NCBI GenBank assembly: GCA_000934665.2
Contig: KZ538066.1
Location: 1 to 64,000, forward strand
Source of the DNA: Catajapyx aquilonaris
Taxonomy: Eukaryota
Length of the DNA: 64,000 bases
Reading direction: 5' to 3'
Shown here: positions 12,560 through 25,192 of the stretch, piece after piece
Numbering within the stretch: the stretch's first letter is position 1
Layout of the letters: the number at the start of each line of letters is the position of its first letter
The notes under the pieces: model-generated
What the model saw: the letters and a program-made list of their open reading frames with translations, nothing else
Told to the model about the DNA's origin: nothing
The model's database searches: none
Program-made: the position numbers and the translations under genes

Positions 12560-13820
12560 AAGTAACGACTGTTCATGTAGTACTTATTTCTAGAATGGCT
12601 ATTCACAAAACCATAATATTCAAAGTATCTGCTATTCACATAACTGTTATTTCAAGTATCTGTTTTTCACATAACTGTTATTTCAAGTATCAGATATTCA
12701 CATAACTGTTATTTCAAGTTTCTGCTATTCACATAACTGTTATTTCAAGTTTCTGCTATTCACATAACTGTTATTTCCAGTATCAGATATTCACATAACT
12801 GTTATTCCGAGTATCTATATTCACGTAACCATCCGAGTACGGGTATTCAGGTCACCCTTACCCAAATAACGGTTATTCACGTAGCTCTTATTTCTAATGG
12901 GTATTCGAATAATCATTATCCAAGTAACGGCTATTCATGTAATCATAACCCAAGTAACTGTTATTCACTTAGCTCCCATTTCTAATGAATATTACTATAA
13001 CCTTAATTCCAAGTAATGACTATTCACATAACCATTATCCAAGTAACGGCTATTCATGTAATCATAACCCAAGTAACTGTTATTCACTTAGCTCCCATTT
13101 CTAATGAATATTACTATAACCTTAATTCCAAGTAATGAATATTCACATAACCATTATCCAAGTAGCGGCTATTCATATAACCCTTACCCACGTAACGGTT
13201 ATTCACGTAGCGCTTATTTTTAATGGCTACTTACATAACCATAATTCCAAGTATCAGCTATTCACATAACTGTTATTCCACGTATCAGCTATTCACATAA
13301 CTGTTATTCCACGTATCAGCTATTCACATAACTGTTATTCCACGTATCAGCTATTCACATAAACATTATGCAAGTAACGGGTATTCATGTCACCCTTTCC
13401 CAAGTAACTGATATTCGCGGGAGCTCTTATTTTCTGATGGCTACTTACATAGCCATAATTCCAAATATCGGCTATTCATATTCCAAATTCGTGGGTATTT
13501 TCTTATAACTGATATCGCCGGGTCGAATATTTCAGTTGATATAGAATGGGGCACTTGATTATGGGCACAGCAAGCTATAAAAATAACTACTATCGGGCGA
13601 TATAAGTTATTATAAAAACGACCCACGAATTCTGAACACCCTGTACAACCATTATCCCATGTAACGGCTCTTCACTTTACCATGATTCCTAGTATCAGCT
13701 ATTCACATAACAGTCTATTATCGAAGTAACGGCTGCCGGATTCATGAAACCCTTATCCAAGTAACTGATACTCAATAACCATTGGTCTAAGTAACTGCTA
13801 TTCGTGTAACCATTATTCAA
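12560..13820. repeat. Minisatellite of about 30 bp (GTATCAGCTATTCACATAACTGTTATTCCA) with a 119-bp higher-order repeat
   Basis: Near-perfect 31-bp copies at 13251-13345. The 119-bp period starts at 12914, 13033 and 13152. Confidence 0.9.
13481..13643. mobile_element. Tc1/mariner-type MITE (family 1, diverged copy b) inserted in the minisatellite
   Basis: TTCCAAATTCGTGGG ... GGGCACAGCAAGCTATAAAAATAAC ... CCCACGAATTCTGAACACCCTG|TA, collinear with the 6929-7123 element. The left terminus is eroded. Confidence 0.75.
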
Positions 13821-15091
13821 ATTAACAGCCACACCCGATGGTATCTCCAGCTTGACGTGGTGGTGTTGCTTGTGTTTCTCCCGTGACCCCGAGAGCTATA
13901 CCGGTGGTAGCTTAGTGTACTGGCAGGGCAAACGTCTTTGGGGTGTGAGACATGAGTCTCTCCCGGTCTCTCCTCTCTTCTTTTTTCACTTGGTTTCTGT
14001 CTCCATCTGTCACACCTTTGTGTGTTCTGCCAGATGATAGCCACAGTTGCTGTTTCCTTCCTAATCAGACCAATCCAAATCAAAGTAAGTTATTCTTGGA
14101 GACTATAACTTATGGAAAATTAGGCCATTTTGGTAGAACATTGAGGAATAGTCGAACTTTTAAGCGGCACAGCGCTATATGGAGCGGTGGTGGTGTAAAT
14201 GACCCTATCGACCTGGACTATTATGTGAGTGATTGTGTCAGTCGTAATCCTCCTGGCCTCACCTCTGAAATACTGTACAAGTGCTGGGTGCTGGTAACGG
14301 CCTCCCAGGGCTTATACTTCCCAAGAAATAATGGTCCTCCCCACCACCGCCTCCTCCCCATGGTGGGAAGCCGCCTCCCTAGAGAAGGGGAGCCACTTCT
14401 TACGTCACGCATATTTCCATGTTGGCCCCGCGTTTGTCAACCGAACCAACTAAGCTAGTCCTCAACTGTTGAAACCCCTCGCCATTTTCGGACTGTCCTA
14501 ATAAAAACCTGTTTCTGTCTCTTTTAAGTATTTTTTTTTGGCTGACCTGGTATCTTGCCTGGAATGGTCTCTGGAGACCCTTTTCCGGAGGAGCACACTT
14601 GTCTCCATGATTCCTGGAAGCCATTCTCTTGAGCTTAACTTACTCAGCATGACGGGTGTGCTTAGTGTTGTGGGAGGGATACTCACAAATATGGCTGTCG
14701 TCATGTCAAAACCCTCAAGTCGGCCGACGTCAGTCTTTTTGATACTAATAAGACAAATAACACTGTTATTGCATTGTTTTCAATTACAATAACTAATATA
14801 TCAGTGACTACAGCACTCGTATCATTTGTAACCATTACCCGGTATATCAATAACTATTATGTCAATCACTTTTACTTCGTTTATAGCTGTTATTGGAATA
14901 ACTGCTGGTATGGGCATAACTAATATGTTAATAACCATTTCGTCATTATTATATATTATTGTAACTATTATGTTTATAGCTGTTACGTCATTATTTTATA
15001 TTGTAAGTCGCTGTCATTTTGGTATTTGTTATTATGTATATACGGTAACTTATGGTTGTAACTATTATTATTTTCAAGATTATTATGACGT

Positions 15092-15326
15092 ACATAACTA
15101 GTTATTTTCACAACTAGCTATTGTCATAACCAGTTATTTTCACAACCAGCTATTTTCACAACCAGCTATTTTCATAACCAGTTATTTTCATAACTAGCTA
15201 TTTTCATAACTAGCTATTTTCATAACTAGCTATTTTCATAACTAGTTATTTTCACAACTAGTTATTTTCACAACCAGCTATTTTCAGAACTAGTTATTTT
15301 CAGAACTAGTTATTTTCATAACTGTT
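15092..15326. repeat. 16-bp tandem repeat (AACTAGTTATTTTCAT variants)
   Basis: About 14 directly visible copies. Confidence 0.9.
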
Positions 15327-17089
15327 GTATTATTAATAAAAATTAATTGAGAATCAAAGAATTAGTTACTGCAGCTAGCACATAACAAGCGCTTTTCTGC
15401 AGTCAATAAAATGGCGACTGGTCAGCAGGCGAGTAATATCTTTTGTGTATCGCACAGGCCTGTGAGGGGAATGTAGGAGATAGAAATTACACATTCCAAA
15501 TGACCGCTACTGATGGATCTATTAGGCGTGGTTTCCTATTTTTTTGATTTTTCCTCTCGGCTCTCTGAGCTTTTTGATTGGATACGCCTGCATTCATAGA
15601 GTGGCGATAGCTTTGTCAGAGGAGAGAGAGAGAGCGCTAGGGGAATGCTCGGTTCTAAACAAAAGTCGGTTCCAGGCTACTATATATCCCTTCATGTTCA
15701 TTGCATCGCTGAAAAGGGAGCTGCAAGGTGGTACTGTACAGTGCTGGACATTAATTCCGTCATACTGCTAGTGACATTTTACGATGCGGAAGACGTGTAA
15801 GTCGAAGTGATATAGTGTCACTGAGCCGTGCAAGTAAGAAATGGTAGCCCTTTTGTGACGTCACTGTGGCTGGGGACAAGCCTTTTTCTCCATGGCCCCA
15901 CAGTCGGTGACGTCAGTCAAGGCCTACCCCTTCTTACTCTTATCACTTCGATTTGCACTTCTGCCGATTCAGAAAATGTCGCAAGCAAGTATGACCCTAT
16001 TAATGTCCAACACTGTACTGTACGACCAAGACCGTTATCAGTTCGTTAGTAAAAAGCTTGAGCAGGTGAAGCAGTTTGCTTAAAAAAATGGGGAAATCAC
16101 GCGAGAGTGATTCTAGTAGACTTTTCCTCATTGCCAAGGAACCCAAGGACATCCGCCTGTAGACCTGACCTTGTGAGAGTGTATTCAAAAAACTGGAAAT
16201 GTAGACCACGGAGCCTATTTAGGGTCCTCTGAATCCGAATCCAAAAACCGTTTTTCGCTATCTCTTGCGGTTTGGGCCGTGATACCTGTCCACGAACGGA
16301 CGGACAGACTTTTTCGTAAAGAAAAAGTCTAAAAACCGGTTAAACATGTGAAGCAGTTTGTCTAAAATCTGGTTGAACAGGTACGCCCTGTTGGGCAGGT
16401 AAAACAGCTTGTAACACATGTGGATTGTTGCTGCACACGCAATGAATATTAATAATATTTAATTGAGGTGTCGAGCCACTAGCTGACTGCACATGGAATA
16501 TAATTTAAATTACTGTATAACATTACAATACATTACCATGAACAACGAGCCATGTAAAACTCAAATAGTGTCTGCGAAAAAATCTTTTTCGCGATACGAG
16601 ATTGAATTGGCGAAAAAGGGAGCTACGTCATGGACGCAAATATAATTATCCTCGCATCAGATACACTCTACCTTTTTTTCGCAATGTTCCTGGTTTTCCA
16701 GGACATTCCAGTCAATTTGTCCATTGGGAATTTGGTCGGACGTCGGACACATAAGTTATTTTACCACCATCCCCGGAACCGTTAGGCCCACCCTGCCGGA
16801 TAAATTCGGCGCTTCTGAAGCTCTTCCAGCAGACATATCGCCCTTTGCATCTGCCCGGAGGCATTTCCCAGGCCTAAATCCGGGACACCCAATTGGACGC
16901 CGGACACACCCGTATGAAATACACGACCATTTTCGTTGTCATCCAATTGCGAGATTAGTTGGGACACTCTCTCCGCGGGACGGAAATTGCCAAGGTCTGC
17001 CGCTCTCGGACACGGTTGGATTTGCGACAATGCTATAGTGGGGGGTTCTAAGTTGAAAACAGTTGCAACTAAAACGTGGTTCAGTAAGG

Positions 17090-18188
17090 GGATCAACTTG
17101 ATCCGGATCAAAAATAGGATCAAGTTTATCAGGATCAGAGGATCAACTTTGGTAGTATTAGTTTTATTTTTACGGGCACACTTCGGATATAGTAGACCAG
17201 GGTCCACCGCCAGATGATCCCGTCAATTTCACGTCAAAATATCGTCTCAAAGGTACAATAGTTGTTTCACTTCTTGACGTGAAATTGACGTCAACAGTCG
17301 AGAAATTGACGTCAACTTCGTCAAATTGACGTCAACAGTCGTCAAATTGACGTCAACAGTCGTTAAAATAACGTCAGGGATCACATGGCGTGGGACTCTG
17401 CTCTACTATATCCGATCGAAGTGTCCCGTTAAAATGTCTACTACATCCGAAGTGTCCAGTAAATGATCTACTACTCGGTCTACTATATCCGGACTGCGCC
17501 CGTAAAAAGAAAACCAGTACTACTAACTTTATCCTTAACAAAAATGTGATCATCTAGATCAGGATCGACAACATGATCCGATCAGGTTCAAAAATTGGAT
17601 CAACTTGATCTGGATCAGAGAATCAACTCGATTGGGATCAAAGGATCAACTTGATCCTGAACTAAAATGTGATTAACACCATATGGGGATCAAGAGCATG
17701 ATCAACTTGATCTGGTTCAAAAGTGAGATCGGGATCAACCTGATCTCGATCAAAATGTACAGATCATGATAAAAATTAGAATCAGTTTGACCCTGATCAT
17801 AATAAATTGGGATTAACTTGATTCTGATCAGACTATCACTTATCCTGAACGAAAATGTGATTTACTCTATCAGGATCAAAAACATGATCAATTTGTTCAG
17901 GATCAAAATTATGATGAACTTAATCTGGATCAAACAGAGGATCAACTTTATCTTGAACGTAGGCCTAAATAGAGATCAACTCAATCGGGATCAGGAACAA
18001 AATAAGTTGATCTGGTTCAAAGTAGGATCACGATCAAAATTGGGATCAACATGATCCAGATCAAAGGAACTAGGTCAACCGGAGGATCATCTTGATCCGG
18101 ATCAAAGGAACTCGGGCAACCAGAGGATCATCTTGATCCGGATCAAAGGAACTAGGTCAACCTGAGGATCATCTTGATCTGGATCAAA
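17090..18188. repeat. GATC-rich repeat island (GATCAACTTGATC core), ending in three 41-bp copies
   Basis: Dense ggatcaacttgatc units. The 41-bp period runs from 18061, 18102 and 18143, and the island ends about 20 nt from the exon B donor. Confidence 0.9.
17150..17525. mobile_element. Non-autonomous TIR element (possibly Academ-like) inserted in the GATC island
   Basis: Inverted termini TGGTAGTATTAGTTTTATTTTTACGGGCACACTTCGGATATAGTAGACC / GGTCTACTATATCCGGACTGCGCCCGTAAAAAGAAAACCAGTACTACTA, with ACTT duplicated on both sides and internal AAATTGACGTCAAC repeats. Confidence 0.7.
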
Positions 18189-18207
18189 GTGAAAAAGTTG
18201 AACTGAC

Positions 18208-18393
18208 CTGACTTCGCATCGGATCGGTGTTGACTTGGCACATGTAGGTGCCTGCGTCGCTCCTCTGGACATCCTTGACATGCAGTGTCCATGCGTTGTG
18301 TCCGTTATGGGTCACGGAGAACCTCGGGTTGTTGGTCACCATATGCGTGTGAATGGCCAGAATCGCCTTGTCGTCCGCTTTGATCCAGGCCAC
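18208..18393 (-). CDS. Coding exon B (remainder of Ig domain 1) of the DIP-alpha/beta-like gene
   Basis: Acceptor ttttctcag|GTG, 186 nt encoding VAWIKADDKAILAIHTHMVTNNPRFSVTHNGHNAWTLHVKDVQRSDAGTYMCQVNTDPMRSQ, donor CAG|GTCAGT, phase 0/0. VAWIKAD.KAILAIH and D.G.YMCQVNTDPM are hallmark DIP motifs; from memory the closest match is Drosophila DIP-beta/alpha. Confidence 0.96.
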
Positions 18394-19559
18394 CTGAGAA
18401 AATTCACAAAGCCTTGTTTTATAAAAAAAAAGTTTAGTGCCAACCGAAATGTTGATTCGACTCACTGTCAGTTATCTTTGGCCCTGTTCTGTCCCGGACA
18501 ATTCGGGACAAAACATAGTTTGTTTTAGCTTCCTCCCAAAACTTATCCCCAACACTAATAAATATCCTAGGAGGGATTTAAGGACTAGGATTTAAGGCAA
18601 AGCAACGATAAGGACCGGTCCTTTTTTGGGGGCTCAACTCCCTGAAGTATTTTGAAGTTTAATCCTTGAGCGAATTAAACTAGGGAATGACTGTTGACAC
18701 TGCACAATGGGCACTTTGCAAGGCGAGAATATGGGCCATCAAAGCCCATACTTTCCTCTTCGGCTTAAGTTTCAGATCGCATAAAGGGAGGCTGATCGAG
18801 CGGTTTCATTTGGAGCCGACTCACTCACTTATAGTGCTGGTTATGCACTAGGATATACACTGCGTCTAATTCGGACCATTTGTCCGCCAGGTGGCGGAGC
18901 GAACACACTGTTGTAACTATTTGGATCGAGAAAAGTCGTGATAGTAGACCCTATGGGCCATAAAACATGTCTCATCATGGCTTGAAGTTAGCATTTGTAC
19001 ATTGGTAGATATATTGGTAGTATGAATCGATACATGATGATATCGATATCCCACACGTTTTACACCGGATGACAAGTAATAGTATGCAGCATATACTCTT
19101 GATAGTACCAATGACACATATTGTTGCTTGCAGCAAAAAGTTTACACCGGATGATACGTATTTCCTAAGTCAATGATATCTAGACGATGCCCATAGTGTT
19201 CCTATACATGATATTTGTTCAGGGTTGCATCGTTACTCCGATAGGATACTCAGAAAGAGATCGTGGATGAACGTCTATCAGTATCAGTCAATCCTTCTGT
19301 ACCAATAAGAATGCTGAATGTGCTGATTTGTCGTTTGCATCATTTGAGAACATGCAAATTAGCGGAATTTCGATACCAAATACCTGCCTGAGTTATTGTA
19401 TGTACACAACGAACTTGCCATATTGTATGCAGCATCACTGCAGCCATCGTGCGATAACAATCACGGTGTCAATCATGCAATGCATGCCTATTAATTTGGG
19501 CAATGCATCATTCCAGTGATAGCTATAGTAGAAGCTGGATACAAAATGGCTGTTGCACG

Positions 19560-20360
19560 GATGGACGATAGCAATGAGAGCGCCAATCATTATCTTATAT
19601 TAATCAGATCCATATTGAAGCTTGAATAGCAGTTGACGCCTCTATTCAAAGATGCTGCTATTTTGGATTCAACCGATACTGAGTGCGTCAATAGTATCGT
19701 TTATTGATACAAACACTAACACCCATCAATTTAACCGAAATCATAATCTAAGATTGCAATAAGTTGGTTGATACTGTCGTTAAGTGATGCTGACACTACC
19801 AACCATCATTTACTCGAACCTCTGATAGAGCATTAAGTGTGTCGATAGAATAGGTCATCGGAATTTCCATTTATAATCTTTATTCAACGCAAAGTAACAG
19901 ATTCTACTATAGTAATAAGTGTGTCGATGGTGGTACCTATGGAGATTCAGAATCACAAATGTCATTTAGACGCAAAGTCAGCTTTATTATAGCAAGGTAT
20001 GCGTCGATAGTGTCCTTAGCCGATTCTGATACTACCTGATTCTGATACTACCAAGCATAAATTAACGCTCAATGATACTCCAATATAGCAATGAGTTCGT
20101 CGATAATATCGTATATCGACACTGTCACTATCAGCCATCATGTCAATGTAAAATAACGATTTAACATAGTAATATGTACATCGATAGTATCACATGTACA
20201 TGTTCAGACTACTGGCCATAATTCCAAAGTAAAATCATAGCATTACTACTAGGTGTGTCGATGGTATCATACATCGATTCTGACACTGCCAACCATCATT
20301 TCAAAGCAGAGCAATGGGCTAGTCAATAGTAACGGCTATCGATACTTCCACTACCAGCTA
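19560..20360. repeat. Degenerate (GT/A)TCGATAGTA / ATACTACCA repeat island
   Basis: Recurring gtgtcgatag/ggta, ctgatactacc and accatcattt motifs. Confidence 0.6.
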
Positions 20361-22989
20361 TAATTTCAAATTAAAATAATAGATCAGTTTGGACCCTTAG
20401 TAATATGAATGTGCATATGTCATAGTAGAAAGAGGTCATATGTGCCATCCCCCGGTCCACACATTACTCCACTGTCGCAAACACTCGCAAAAATCCAAGC
20501 CTGAGGCGAGAGAATTCAGAATCAAGTATCATGAATATTTCATGTCGTGAGACGGGCCCGTATACAGTGCTAGTACACAGTATATGTAATGGTATAACCG
20601 TGGGTCGCACTTTACTCTCGGATGCACTTCATATATACAGAGCGACGCGATCCCCGAAGGATCACAGTCAGTTTTCCACTTCCCCTCCTCCCCACCTCTC
20701 CCTCCCCCCCTCCCTCCAACACCCGCGCAATGGACACGTTTTGCACCAAAATAATATGCCGAATGTCATATCGGATGACAGCGGAATTGTGCGGTTTGAC
20801 AGGTTTCGCGCTTTAATGCATGGATAATAACGACTGGTTTGCAAAAAAAAAAAAAAAAAAATGCTGCTCTTCAGTGGTAAACAGGTTTTCTAGAAAATAT
20901 TTTTGGACAAAAATTGTGAGATATACTGGATAATACCGGGAATAATTGTTTGCAATTATTTTTAAACAAAAAAATGTACAGGGTTGTCCGAACACTCCGA
21001 AGAGTGGCGAAGAGTTGATAGATCAGTGAGTCCTGGTCCATACAAGGTCATCACCAGGAGTTACTAATCCACCAACTCTTCCCCTCGGACCGTCAGCTTT
21101 GTATATAGCATACAGATATTTTCACATGTCTGATAATAATATTTTAATTAAAAATTCGCGATATTATATGTCGTTTGATGCAGATTTTTTCGCGAAAACT
21201 TTCCACTGTAACAACCTTTAATTTCATGCAAAAAAATGAGGGTTCATTAGTGGCGGAATAATTCTTTTGCTGGAAAAAAAAATTGTTCTGATTGCCCCGG
21301 AGATATGTTTCCTTACCAGGACGTTATAAATTAAACATAGGTCTAGTGTATTCCCAGGGCCGGGTTGGCATGAAAAGTACTGCATAATATAGTTAACATC
21401 AATATTTGCGTAAGGTGTAGGCAGCATAATGTGGCTGCAAATACGATGCGAATGCCCAATTAAATTCCACCACAAACAGCTCGCTAAAATAATAAGTCAG
21501 ATTTACTCACTAATGAAGATTTACAGCTTACTTGAGGATATATCAAATTAATTATTGGAATGAATTAATGATAAATAATAATTAAATGGACATTATCTTA
21601 GCAGAATTTACTTCGGACAAAAAACGAAGTAAAAACGAATCTTTAGTCTTTCAATTTCGTGTTAAAATATATTAACTTAACGTTTGTTTGTTTGTTTGTT
21701 TACTACCCCGTTCCCAAGCATGTGTCATATTCAGGGAATACTTTGTATAATATATTAGCTCAACTATGTGGCATCAAGGATTAAATGATATAATAATACA
21801 ATAATTTTCAATTGACCATCAGTAGTACCAACATAGATCGCATTATTTATTTTATTATAGGCTACTAGTTGAAACAGGAAAACAAACCGACATACAAACA
21901 AACAGTTGCACAAGTTATGGAAATGTACATTACAACGTAAATATTGTGTTATGCATATTACATACATGAATTATTTAACAGATATACCGGTACAGACTAC
22001 ATTGAAAAATAAATAATATATTAGTTAATTGCATGTAACAAATTAGTTATTGGTCGAAAATGCTAAAAATCACCATTGGTGACGCAGCACAGCAAACACA
22101 AACAAACATATAAATAAATAAATAAAAAATTAAATGAATGAATAAATAAATATTAATATATGTTAGCAGCTAATGGAAATTTTATAGCCACTAATTTGTT
22201 AAATGTATCACAGCAATAAGTCGTCGCTGCTACTTGATTTTAGCAGCTACTTATGTTAAATTTCACAGTTGAGGGAAAACTTTTGCAGAAACTGCGTACA
22301 GGGTGTTCCAACCCGGTTTCATCCCACTGGCACACATACCGGGTGTGCTGTCATCCGCTATGAAACTTCCGTCTATCGCTGTGGAGAGAATAGGCCACGA
22401 TAGTAGTCAGGGGCACGTCTAACCCTTCAACTCTCGTCACACACCCCCCTCCCTCCGCTCCTCTCCCCATTTTTTTTTTTTCAAAAAAAAGTTCGTGCCT
22501 GTCCGTTGGCAGCAAAATGAAAAGTTAAGGCAAGTCTGAAGGGGGCGGAATTTGAGCTGGGAAGCTCCTGATTGGTTCCCTCCCACGCTTCGCCCTCCCC
22601 TCCCTCCTCCATCCTCCCCACTTTTTTTTGGACTATTTTATTCGTTCCGGATTCAGAACGTGTCTTTTTAGGCAGCGGTTCACTGACCGGACATTACTTT
22701 TTCTCCACCCACTTTTCACCTTCCCCCCCACCAGACTTCAAGAATACATTTTCGACAGTCACGTGACTCTGTCCCCCTCCCTCCCCGCCTCTCCCCACCA
22801 TCAATAATGGAGTCCTGTTCGGGTGTGTCGTCTCGAGAATGACAAATCGGACCTGGGAACCGGACGTGCCCAGTGACGCTCATAGACGCAACTATCGCCA
22901 CCATTCGGATCAAATTACTGACTATTGGCATCCTTGTTGGACATGCAGCCAATTGAAACGTCTGATTTGTATGACATGCCCAGTATAGT

Positions 22990-23560
22990 GGTGTCACCAT
23001 CGCATCGGTAGTATCGATATCACATTTAAATTGACCATTGATAGTGTCGACATTACATTTCAATTTACTATCGGTAGTATCGACATCACATTTCCATTGA
23101 CAATCGGTGGTTTTGATATATCCAGTTCCATTTACAATCGGTAGTGTCGACATCACATTTTATTGACTATCGGTAGTATCGACATCACATTTCCATTGAC
23201 AATCGGTGGTTTGACATATCCAGTTCCATTTACAATCGGTAGTGTCGACATCACTTTTTATTGCTAATCGGTAGTATGGACATCACATTTGCGTTGACAA
23301 TCGGTAGTATCGGCATCACTCTTTATTTCCAATCGGTAGTATCGGCATCACTCTTTATTGCCAATCGGTAGTATCGACATCACGTTCCCATTGACAATTG
23401 GTAGTATCGACATCACATTTCCAATTTAAATTGCCAATCGGTGGTGCCAATATCACATCAGTGGTACAGTGGTGCCAACATCACATCAATGGTACCACTG
23501 GTAGCAGTGGTGCCAACATCACATCAATGGTACCACTGGTAGCAGTGGTGCCAACTCATT
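22990..23560. repeat. Minisatellite of about 30 bp (ATCGGTAGTATCGACATCACATTT)
   Basis: About 15 diverged copies; this is the source of the KCDVDT pseudo-ORF at 22716-23156. Confidence 0.88.
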
Positions 23561-24529
23561 TAATACGACCTAGAGCGCGTACGAATTCACATCCTATAGC
23601 CAAGTCGCGTCCGAATGTGTCACGATCGTGCAACATTGCAACAAAAAAAATTTCGGCGTTAATGGACTATCCGTCCCCAGAAATTTGAAGTGTCTGGTAA
23701 CAAATGGATGCGGACGTCCCATCTACACGTACCTCAAGCTGGATGATTTTTAAGTCGGTTATTGTATCGACAGGTGGCGCGTCCAAATAACTGTCAGGCT
23801 TGATGACCCGAGTTGAAATGCTATCACGACGAGGCTGGCAGATACCTTCATTTCGGATGCATTGGCACGCTCTATTATGTCATAGCCACCCCCGATAGCG
23901 CATGAATGAAACATACAGCGCGAAATAATTCTACATTTGTAGTTTCCACGCCCACTTTTTTTTTTTTTTTGCGAATATAATGCATTTTGGGTAATGGCAA
24001 CAGGGGGGATGTTTGATGCGAAATATTTTATAATCTAGGTCAGTTGGTCCATTGTTTTGGGGCGACAAATGAATAGGAGTCGTATACGCACCGGTTACGA
24101 CACAGGGTGGAATGATGTATACGTTGCGGATAGATTTTTTTTAGCACACATTTTTAGCGACAGAGTTGTTTTGGCGTGAAGTTGTTGTGATGGAATTATG
24201 GGATTAATAATTCTCAGGGGAGAGAACTTTGAATCCGAATGATATGGTGTAGGGTCACATGTGTCGTAAGTTATGGCGCAATTTTCGGGGATTGCGTGCA
24301 AAAAAAAGCCGTGGAGCAGTACATTGCACCCATGATGTAGGTTATTTGCGATATGAGGTGGGGAAACAACTGGTTACCACACGGTTAAATATGGGCTTGT
24401 TTAACCATGTCTATGTTCTGACTTTTGAAAGTTTACATTGACGTCGTGAAAAAGGGTGACATCAAATAAATAACTATTGTAGTTTTTACTGGTAGTATCC
24501 ACGCAATAGTTTGAAAAATTATAACCTTG

Positions 24530-25192
24530 AGATTATTATATCGACTATCCCTTTTGATCTGATTTATATCGACATTTCCGCTCTCGATGTTCTCATATTC
24601 ATATCGATATTATTTTTTGCGGTGATCTAATACATCGATATTAATTTTCACTGTTGTAATGTATCGATATTCCCATTTACGATATTAAATGTATATCAAT
24701 ATTTTTTCGCAACGGTATGATATATCGACATTCACTTTTAGGATGTTATGATGTATTCCATATACGTACGCTGTTACAGTAAATGTATCGATGTTTTCTG
24801 TCACCATGATATGATTTATCGATATTCGTATCTACATTTCCATTTATCGAAATTGATTTCCACATTTGATATATCGAAATTGATTTCCACATTTGATATA
24901 TCGAAATTGATTTCCACATTTGATATATCGAAATTGATTTCCACATTTGATATATCGAAATTGATTTCCACATTTGATATATCGAAATTGATTTCCACAT
25001 TTGATATATCGATATTGATTTCCACATTTGATATATCGATATTTATTTTTGTAATATTGTGATATATCGATATTCCAATTTACGATAATCTTATATGTAT
25101 TGATGTTTTCTTTTGCATATTCTGATTTATCGATATTAACTTTTACGATGTTGTGATGTGTCGATATTATTTTTGGACGTGTTATCGATATT
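24530..25192. repeat. ATATCGATAT repeat island with a homogeneous 27-bp core array
   Basis: TCGAAATTGATTTCCACATTTGATATA occurs about 7 times at 24847-25040, with diverged flanks; this is the source of three repetitive pseudo-ORFs. Confidence 0.92.

Noticed and set aside
16140..16320. DINE-1/Helentron-like fragment (CTGAATCCGAATCC ... ACGGACGGACAGAC)
   Set aside because: The resemblance is limited to short motifs, and I could not define termini or a hairpin.
24746..25062. Repetitive ORFs (MWKSISIYQ, ISKLISTFD, NVEINFDIS)
   Set aside because: They are translations of a 27-bp tandem repeat that is open in several frames on both strands, with no splice or homology support.
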